Below are positions 26,116-33,168 of a stretch of 33,168 nt of DNA, piece after piece. Each line of letters opens with the position of its first letter. The stretch's first letter is position 1. The translations under genes were made by a program, and so were the position numbers. The stretch lies in sequence record SRR31156797_15741; one strand, given 5' to 3'. The notes below the pieces were generated by a model that was not told the origin of the DNA, did not search any database, and was given only the letters and a program-made list of their open reading frames with translations.

Positions 26116-26640
26116 CTATAAATTCTTTCCAGTTGCTTCAGCTTTGCCGGATAGGGCTGACCTGATCAATTGCAGGAGCACAACCAGTTGAATGGGAACG
26201 CATAAGCCGATGATAACGCTAACCCCTCTCCACCAGGGTGAAACCGGCCACCCGAGCAACAGCGTGGACTCTTTTTCAGCGACAAGCATATCGGTGTAAA
26301 TCCACAGTTGCCATGCCATCAGGGCGAAGACGGCCAAGGTGACCAGGTTGCCGAAAATTTCCAGACCGGCATTCCATTTCGGCCCCAGTATATTTCCCAA
26401 AAACTTCGCGGAAATATGCGTGCGCTCGGCGGCACAGGTCGGCAGGGACGATGCGATAACCACGGCCACGAAAAGTGAACCCGCATCCCTCACCCCTGTA
26501 ATCGGCGAATCAAGGAGCCATCTGCAAATAACGTCAGCAACAATGGCAAATGCCAGTGCCAGGAGACCGGCCAGGCCCACAAGGGAAGTCATGCGCGCGA
26601 ACTGGCAGGTGAAATCCTGCAAAAGACCGAATATTCTCAT
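26116..26640 (-). CDS. dctQ: TRAP transporter small permease (second system)
   Basis: Four TM segments, ADVICR..PI.G, HI motif. ATGA overlap with dctP. Confidence 0.85.
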   Translation of the reverse strand: MRIFGLLQDFTCQFARMTSLVGLAGLLALAFAIVADVICRWLLDSPITGVRDAGSLFVAVVIASSLPTCAAERTHISAKFLGNILGPKWNAGLEIFGNLVTLAVFALMAWQLWIYTDMLVAEKESTLLLGWPVSPWWRGVSVIIGLCVPIQLVVLLQLIRSALSGKAEATGKNL

Positions 26641-27656
26641 TCCCCAGCTTCCCTCGCCTTGGCAATTGCCTCTTCATACCCCACAAGCAGCATGTCCCAC
26701 CGGGGGTATTCTTTGTTCCATGAAGACATTACCGGTTCCATGGCGGCCCGCCACTGTTTCAACTCTTCCTCGTTCGGCGTGTAAAGCGTATGTTTCGGGC
26801 TATTTCGGATCTTGTCCTTAATTTTATCGATATGGCCTTGAAGCCTATGGGACCAGAATTCGGTGAAAGGCTTCCCCATAAATTTATCAAGTATTGCCTT
26901 GGCCTTCGGAGGGAGCTTGTCATATCGCTTCTGGGTCATGGCGATCATGATCATATTGGTACCAAAGGGAACGGCGCAGTGAAAGTTGGTCACGTCATTG
27001 ATGCGAAAGACCTCCATGCCGGTCCAATCCTGCAGTGTGCCGTCGACCACGCCGCGACTGATGGATTCCGCCACCTTGGTGACCTGCATGGCCACCGGGG
27101 TCGCACCGAAGGCCTTGCCCAGGGCATGGTTTATCTTACCGGACGTCCGCAATTTCTTACCTTTCAGGTCTGAAGGCACCCTGGCGGGAAAATTCGTGTG
27201 AAGGGCATATTCGCTGATGCAGACCTGCCCCAAAACCACAAGGTCATCGTACCCGCGGAGCAGGTTCTTTTCATGCATGTAATGGATTGCCATGGAACAC
27301 TCGGGGCAATTACGGTAAGTAAAGGGGGCCCCCACCACCTGATCGTCGGCCAGCCGGTCAGCCTGGTGATAGGCGTTAACGACCTGGCACATGTCGAACA
27401 CACCGCGCTGGAGCAGTTTGATCTGCTGCCTGGGGTCCCGGCCAAGGGTTCCACCGGGATACGTTTCGATTTTCAGAATACCTTCCCCAGCTTTATTGAT
27501 CTTATCGAAGTAGGGGATCCAAATATCTTTGACATTAAAACTCTGAGCCGGCTCAATGGTCGCGAATTTCAATACAACCGGTCCATCTGCGAAAACCTGC
27601 CCCCCGAACATCGTTAAAAAGATAAGTGCCAATAATGTTATTTTCACATTTTTCAT
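26637..27656 (-). CDS. dctP: TRAP transporter substrate-binding protein (second system, different subfamily)
   Basis: Signal peptide, YPGGTLG, DLKGKKLR, GATPV, RGVVDG, YDKLP. RBS AGGAGGAGG. Confidence 0.88.
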   Translation of the reverse strand: MKNVKITLLALIFLTMFGGQVFADGPVVLKFATIEPAQSFNVKDIWIPYFDKINKAGEGILKIETYPGGTLGRDPRQQIKLLQRGVFDMCQVVNAYHQADRLADDQVVGAPFTYRNCPECSMAIHYMHEKNLLRGYDDLVVLGQVCISEYALHTNFPARVPSDLKGKKLRTSGKINHALGKAFGATPVAMQVTKVAESISRGVVDGTLQDWTGMEVFRINDVTNFHCAVPFGTNMIMIAMTQKRYDKLPPKAKAILDKFMGKPFTEFWSHRLQGHIDKIKDKIRNSPKHTLYTPNEEELKQWRAAMEPVMSSWNKEYPRWDMLLVGYEEAIAKAREAGE

Positions 27657-27744
27657 TTGCCTCCTCCTTTTCTTTGCTAAAATTTATTGGAATAATCACC
27701 GCTTAGTTTGAACGAAATCAGGTCCGAGAGAGCGAGAACCCTAT

Positions 27745-27766
27745 TTCGTTCGACCGGTCGTACGAA
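27745..27766. promoter_or_regulatory. 22-bp palindromic operator, probable TetR site, at the module A promoter
   Basis: TTCGTTCGACCGGTCGTACGAA has one mismatched pair and abuts the -10 region downstream of a minus-strand TTGACA (27787-27792). Confidence 0.75.
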
Positions 27767-27936
27767 CTATCATTGAAAAGGAACTTTGTCAACAAAAAAT
27801 GCGACCACATCGATTTTTTTAATTATGCCAGACGGACAAATCCCGGATTTCTTGGAAGAGTTGGCGATAAATCAGGGGCGAAAATGTAGCTGCAGGAGAG
27901 GCACACGCCCTGGATTACTTATGGGCATTCCGAAAA

Positions 27937-28518
27937 TTACTTGAAGATGCCCTTGGTAAATATTTCCACAAAATTTTTTGCCAGTTCCTCAAACCCCACG
28001 TCCCCGTCACTCTTATACCAGTTGACAGTATAGTGGGCCATTCCAACAAAGGCGAAGACGGCAACCTTGGTATTGATATCTTTAATTTTATCTTCGGCAG
28101 CCAGTTCATTCAAGGCTTTGGTGAAAAAATTTAAAACCATTTTTTGTTTTTCAACCAGAACAAACCTATGCTTTTCACTCAAGAATTTCAAATCGTTCAT
28201 AAGCAGCAAAAGACGATCGGGATCTCGACAATATCTGTTGGCATAGAACTCAAGCAATTCTTCCAGTCTTTGTTCCGCAGCAATGTCCTTGGCCACAATC
28301 CCACCCAGGGTTTCCAGAGCTTCGTCCATACCACTGCTGATGATAAAAAAAAGCGCCTCTTCTTTACTCCCGATGTAGTGATAAAGAGATGATTTCTTGA
28401 TGTTTAATTCTGAAGCGATTTCACGAATGGATGTGGCATGATACCCTTTTCGGGCAAAAACCGTGGCAATTTCCTTGTGTATGGCATCTTTTTTTTCCTG
28501 ATAAGGGGTATTTGTCAT
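27937..28518 (-). CDS. TetR/AcrR-family repressor (KstR2/PaaR-like C-terminal domain)
   Basis: FARKGYHATSIREIA..IKKSSLYHY..SKE helix-turn-helix; C-terminal GM....NWY...G. ATG 28518 follows GGAG. Confidence 0.9.
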   Translation of the reverse strand: MTNTPYQEKKDAIHKEIATVFARKGYHATSIREIASELNIKKSSLYHYIGSKEEALFFIISSGMDEALETLGGIVAKDIAAEQRLEELLEFYANRYCRDPDRLLLLMNDLKFLSEKHRFVLVEKQKMVLNFFTKALNELAAEDKIKDINTKVAVFAFVGMAHYTVNWYKSDGDVGFEELAKNFVEIFTKGIFK

Positions 28519-28650
28519 TTTGCGTTTTCTCCATGAACACGTCAGTCTACAAAAAGTGGAATTATACCATGACACACACCTGTTTCATTGTTAAATACGG
28601 TGCATCTTGTGGCAATCAGCATCTGGGATGGGCATCGCTTTACCCATATA

Positions 28651-28706
28651 TACGAAGGAACGGTCGTACGATAAATACCCTATCAGCTCAATTTGACCTC
28701 TGTCAA
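28651..28706 (-). promoter_or_regulatory. tetR promoter with a second, degenerate operator copy
   Basis: TTGACA (28701-28706)-18 nt-TAGGGT with TGn extension. TACGAAGGAACGGTCGTACGAT (28651-28672) shares CGGTCGTACGA with the 27745 palindrome. Confidence 0.6.
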
Positions 28707-28880
28707 CCAATTCTCACAATTGATCAAAGATGCTTCATCAGCGCCATGGAGAGGAAAATATGGCGTTTGGAAATAGGTTCCCGCGCGCGGAGCATGGAAA
28801 CGGGGGAATCTTGCACCTTTCACACGAGGCCGTTTCCTTTCTGTTCATCGGGCCCAGGATTGAGATAGCCGGGCACCGGC

Positions 28881-30095
28881 TTAACAGACATTTATGGTAT
28901 CGGGAAAACGGTTGATTCGCTTCATTCCCGTCTCGGTAACCACAAAAATGTTTTCGATTCCCACAACCCCTTCCCCCGGAAAAACCATTTTAGGTTCCAG
29001 GGCAATCACCATCCCTTCTTCAAGGCATATTTTTCCGCCTCTGCCGATAACGGGCCACTCATCCAGCTCCAAACCGACACCATGCCCCACAAACGGAACC
29101 CCTTCAGGGCTTCCCATAAAACCGGTTTCCAGCCCCGCCTTTTCCACAATGTCTAAAGCCGCCAGGTACAGATCTTCCGTTTTCACACCGGGCAACCCTT
29201 TTTGCGCCACGGTTTCCTGGACCTCCAGCATCACATCATGGGCGTGAACAAGGGTTTCTTTCAATCTCCCGATGGAAAATATCCGTGTCGTATCAGCCAA
29301 ATATCCCACCAGGTTGGCGCAATAATCGATCAGTACCGGGCTATGTGGCAATATTTCGCCCATTCCCGCGCCATGAGAATAAAAGGGCCCCAGGCCTCTT
29401 CCGCTCGTAGGACCCGCCGAGTTGCCGGGGATCGCGGCGCCCTTGCCGGCCATAATATGACCATAGATAACATCCAGGTTAAAACCCCGCGTGGGCACCA
29501 TGCCGGGATGGCCCTGTTTCCGGTAATAATTTTCAACCATTACGGCGAGCTCCAGTTCGGTATCTGAAACAGTCAAAAATCCGGGCATTTTCTCATACAT
29601 GCCGTCCGCCATTTCGGCGGCGTCGGAAATTCGGGCGATTTCGTACCGGGACTTGACCATTCGAACTTCTCGGATCAATTGTGAAATATCCACCAGTTCC
29701 GTATTCGGGAAAAGCTTCCGGTATAAAAGATAGAGATTCACGGGAAGAACATCCATCTCCAGACCCATCCGCCGGGGATAGCCGTTTTTCCCGGCGTCTA
29801 TCAAACGGGGGAGCATGGAATAGCCGGAGAGGGGTACAACCTCCTTTAAGGGCGAATCCTCAAGTGCCCGATCGAAGTTCTTTCGCACCATGAGCAAGGG
29901 GGCCTCGGTTGAAGGGACAAAGAGATGGGCATCTTGCTTGGTCCCTGAAAGGTAATAAAGATCGGTTTTCTCCACCATTAACGCCCCATCCAGCCCATGA
30001 TCGAAAAGTCTTTTTTGGAACCGTTGGATCCTGCTGTAAATCTCATTTTCCATAAGCGTTGCAATCATTGACAAACCATCCTTTGCAATCATCAT
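28881..30095 (-). CDS. Xaa-Pro aminopeptidase family (M24B) metallopeptidase
   Basis: DLYYLSGT, RMVKS.YEI, ID..GYLADTTR, GHGVGLELDE.P, ALEPK, GIEN. True start may be 30068 or 30053. Confidence 0.88.
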   Translation of the reverse strand: MMIAKDGLSMIATLMENEIYSRIQRFQKRLFDHGLDGALMVEKTDLYYLSGTKQDAHLFVPSTEAPLLMVRKNFDRALEDSPLKEVVPLSGYSMLPRLIDAGKNGYPRRMGLEMDVLPVNLYLLYRKLFPNTELVDISQLIREVRMVKSRYEIARISDAAEMADGMYEKMPGFLTVSDTELELAVMVENYYRKQGHPGMVPTRGFNLDVIYGHIMAGKGAAIPGNSAGPTSGRGLGPFYSHGAGMGEILPHSPVLIDYCANLVGYLADTTRIFSIGRLKETLVHAHDVMLEVQETVAQKGLPGVKTEDLYLAALDIVEKAGLETGFMGSPEGVPFVGHGVGLELDEWPVIGRGGKICLEEGMVIALEPKMVFPGEGVVGIENIFVVTETGMKRINRFPDTINVC

Positions 30096-30270
30096 TCGAA
30101 TTCATGAAGTTTCTAAGTCTCCCATAACACGCAAGTTCATTAGCAGAGCGTTGACTTTTTAGCAACATTTGTATAGTCCTTATTTCACACAAGCCGTGCT
30201 ATTGGCAAATAACCAAACAAGGGGTTGTCTCACTTTGGGGGGATCTCCGTCTTGTAAGAAGGCATGACAA

Positions 30271-32445
30271 ATGCTGACCCACCTCAAAGGCCAGATCGAA
30301 AGAATCACCTATACCAACGAAGAGAATGGCTACAGCGTTGTCAAACTCAAGGTCTACGGCCGGAAAGACCTTGTAAACGCCGTGGGCAGCTTGCTGGCAC
30401 CCACCCCCGGTGAAATCCTTGATCTCAAAGGAGAATGGTCCAATCATCCCAAGTTTGGAGAACAGTTCAAAATAACCCATTACAAGACCCAAGTGCCGGC
30501 CACGGTTTACGGCATCCAGAAATACCTGGGCTCCGGCCTCATCAAAGGCATCGGACCGGTCATGGCAAAGCGGATCGTCAAAAAATTCGGGGAGTCCACC
30601 CTGGATTTGATCGAAACAGACCCGGACAGACTGTCTGAGGTGGACGGCATCGGGAAAAAGCGTGTCGGTATGATCAAGACGGCCTGGGAGGAACAGAAAG
30701 AGATCCGGGAGGTGATGCTCTTTCTTCAAACCCACGGGGTCGGTTCAGGGTATGCCACCAAAATATTCAAGCAATACGGCGACAGGTCCATAGAGGTGGT
30801 TCAGGAAAACCCCTATCGCCTGGCAACGGATATCTTCGGAATCGGTTTTATTACGGCCGACGGCATTGCCGAAAAACTGGGGTTTGACAAACAATGCCGG
30901 GTCCGTGCGGAAGCGGGGATTCTCTATATCCTTCATCAGCTGGCGGACGAAGGTCATGTCTATTTTCCCTACGAACCGTTGATTCAAAAATGCCGGGTAA
31001 TGCTGGAGATCGACCGAGACCTGATCACCCGGGCCATCGGGACCAATGTCCTTGCGGGCAGGATTGTTCTGGAAGATTTAAACGATGATTCCCGGGAATT
31101 TCTGGAAAATAACAAGGGGGTTTTTCTCAAAAAATTCCATGTGTCCGAAACGGGGATCGCCGCAAGCCTGAAAAGGCTCCTCAAGGCGCCCAAGGCCATC
31201 AGGGCCATTGATGCGCAAAAAGCCGTGGACTGGGTTCAAAAACGGCTGGCCATGGACCTCGCTGAGAATCAGGCTGAAGCCATTAAATGTGCCGCCCAAA
31301 ACAAAATCCTTGTGATCACGGGAGGACCCGGAACCGGCAAAACAACCATCATAAACGCCATATTAAAAATCTTTTCACCGCTGAACATCCGCATTCAACT
31401 GGCCGCCCCCACGGGACGGGCCGCCAAACGCATGTGGGAGGCCACGGGCCACGAGGCCAGGACCCTCCACAGGCTGCTGGAGTACAGCATGACAAAAGGG
31501 GGTTTTCAAAAAGACCGCAAGCACCCCCTCCCATGCGACCTCCTTATCGTGGACGAAGCCTCCATGATAGACACCATCCTCATGCATCATCTCCTCAAAG
31601 CCATTCCCCTTAAAGCCACCTTTATCCTGGTGGGCGACATCCACCAGCTCCCCTCCGTGGGCGCGGGAAATGTTCTGAAAGACATCATGGCAAGTAATGC
31701 AATTCCCGTGGTGGCGCTGGACAAGATCTTTCGTCAGGCCAGGGAAAGTCGTATCATCATAAATGCCCACCGAATCAATGGGGGGAAGATGCCGCTCAGT
31801 CAAAAACCCGGCGAAAAGAGCGATTTCTTTTTCATTGAGCAGGAAGACCCCGAACAGGTATTAAATACCATTCTTGACCTGGCGGGAAAACGGCTACCGG
31901 ATTATTTCGGATTTGACCCCATGAATGACATTCAGGTGTTGACCCCCATGCACCGAGGCGTTGTTGGCGCCGGCAACCTCAATCTGGCGCTGCAAAACCG
32001 CCTGAATCAAAATACCCGTGGGATGGAACGGGGTAACCGCACATTTCGTCTGGGCGATAAGGTCATGCAGATCAAGAACAATTACGACAAGGAGGTGTTT
32101 AACGGTGACATGGGGAGGATCGTTGGCCTGGAGCCGGAAACCCGGGAAGTGATCATCTCTTTTGAAGACCGTGAATTGCCCTATGATTTTACGGATCTCG
32201 ACGAAGTCATCCTGGCCTACGCCGTTTCCGTCCATAAATCCCAGGGATCGGAATACCCGGCCGTCATCATCCCCATTCTGATCCAGCACTACATGCTTCT
32301 GCAGCGCAACCTCATCTATACCGCCGTCACCCGGGGAAAGAAACTGGTGATCCTGGTGGGAACCCGCAAAGCGCTTGCCATCGGCATCCGCAACGACAAA
32401 ACCCTCAAACGTTACACCCTTTTGAAAAAGCGGCTTCGGTTTTAG
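30271..32445 (+). CDS. recD2: RecD2 ATP-dependent DNA helicase
   Basis: N-terminal OB/HhH region ([11 protein letters not shown]), Walker [50 protein letters not shown]. Confidence 0.95.
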   Translation: MLTHLKGQIERITYTNEENGYSVVKLKVYGRKDLVNAVGSLLAPTPGEILDLKGEWSNHPKFGEQFKITHYKTQVPATVYGIQKYLGSGLIKGIGPVMAKRIVKKFGESTLDLIETDPDRLSEVDGIGKKRVGMIKTAWEEQKEIREVMLFLQTHGVGSGYATKIFKQYGDRSIEVVQENPYRLATDIFGIGFITADGIAEKLGFDKQCRVRAEAGILYILHQLADEGHVYFPYEPLIQKCRVMLEIDRDLITRAIGTNVLAGRIVLEDLNDDSREFLENNKGVFLKKFHVSETGIAASLKRLLKAPKAIRAIDAQKAVDWVQKRLAMDLAENQAEAIKCAAQNKILVITGGPGTGKTTIINAILKIFSPLNIRIQLAAPTGRAAKRMWEATGHEARTLHRLLEYSMTKGGFQKDRKHPLPCDLLIVDEASMIDTILMHHLLKAIPLKATFILVGDIHQLPSVGAGNVLKDIMASNAIPVVALDKIFRQARESRIIINAHRINGGKMPLSQKPGEKSDFFFIEQEDPEQVLNTILDLAGKRLPDYFGFDPMNDIQVLTPMHRGVVGAGNLNLALQNRLNQNTRGMERGNRTFRLGDKVMQIKNNYDKEVFNGDMGRIVGLEPETREVIISFEDRELPYDFTDLDEVILAYAVSVHKSQGSEYPAVIIPILIQHYMLLQRNLIYTAVTRGKKLVILVGTRKALAIGIRNDKTLKRYTLLKKRLRF

Positions 32446-33168
32446 AAAGCGATATTACCGGGAGTTCTGGGGAAGGGGATCACGTCCCTTATATTGGAAA
32501 GACCGGTCACGAACTGGATCAGCCGCTCAAAGCCGAGGCCGAACCCCGCATGGGGAACGGAACCGAACTTCCGGAGTTCCAGATACCACCAGTATTCGTC
32601 CGGATTGAAGCCCATATGGGTAATACGGGAATGGAGGATATCATGATCATCCTCCCGCTGGCTGCCGCCGATGATCTCCCCTATCTTGGGCACCAGCACA
32701 TCCATGGCACGCACGGTCTTTCCATCCTCGTTCATCTTCATGTAAAAGGCCTTGATATCCTTGGGATAGTCTATAAGCACCACCGGACCGTTAAAGACCT
32801 TTTCGCATAAATACCGCTCATGTTCGGACTGGATATCGCTGCCCCATGCCACGGGAAACTCAAATTTCACTTTGGCCTTTTCAAGCAGCGCAACCCCTTC
32901 GGTGTAGGTCAGGGTTGTAAAATCCTGGCTCACCAGGCTTTCAAGGGTTTGGATCACCGACTTATCAATGAACCGGTTAAAAAACGCCATATCGTCAGGA
33001 CAATGCTCAAGGACATAAGCAAAAACATGTTTCAAAAATTCAACGGCCAGCGCCACATCCCCTTCCAGGTCGCAAAAGGCCATCTCCGGTTCCACCATCC
33101 AGAACTCCGCCAGATGCCGCGATGTATTGGAGTTTTCGGCCCTGAATGTGGGGCCGAAGGTATAGACG
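32442..33168 (-). CDS. asnS: Asparagine--tRNA ligase, 3' part (truncated by the window edge)
   Basis: [71 protein letters not shown]. The frame is open to the window end. Confidence 0.96.
   Translation of the reverse strand, partial: VYTFGPTFRAENSNTSRHLAEFWMVEPEMAFCDLEGDVALAVEFLKHVFAYVLEHCPDDMAFFNRFIDKSVIQTLESLVSQDFTTLTYTEGVALLEKAKVKFEFPVAWGSDIQSEHERYLCEKVFNGPVVLIDYPKDIKAFYMKMNEDGKTVRAMDVLVPKIGEIIGGSQREDDHDILHSRITHMGFNPDEYWWYLELRKFGSVPHAGFGLGFERLIQFVTGLSNIRDVIPFPRTPGNIAF

Noticed and set aside
32442-32445. 4-nt overlap of the convergent recD2 and asnS stop codons
   Set aside because: Common compact arrangement; no further signal.
1-33168. CRISPR arrays, tRNA/rRNA genes, prophage or defence systems
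   Set aside because: No regularly spaced repeats, cloverleaf motifs, integrases or phage/defence genes seen.

Overview
Bacterial window; gene content suggests an anaerobe of Desulfobacterota type (inference). The left end (1-4.35 kb) is a cobalamin-uptake locus: a cobalamin riboswitch with promoter and terminator drives a TonB-dependent receptor (btuB-like, - strand), which converges on a secreted beta-propeller/FN3 protein. A hairpin and a decayed IS fragment lie between them. An MFS permease follows. From 27.66 kb down to 5.79 kb is an uninterrupted minus-strand catabolic cluster in two modules. Module A sits behind a TetR gene and a palindromic operator: TRAP transporter, acyl-CoA ligase, two crotonases, an acetylene-hydratase-like Mo/W enzyme and a 4Fe-4S subunit. 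Module B sits behind a structured leader with a terminator and a Trp-containing uORF: tandem SnoaL protein, TRAP transporter, FrhB-like flavo-FeS protein, IorA/IorB, LarA-family racemase, GlcD-type FAD dehydrogenase and a cytoplasmic DmsA-type enzyme. Module B reads as a complete 2-hydroxy-acid to acyl-CoA pathway. The right end is housekeeping: M24 peptidase, recD2 and partial asnS. No rRNA, tRNA or CRISPR array was seen. All family calls come from motif recognition by eye; no searches were run.
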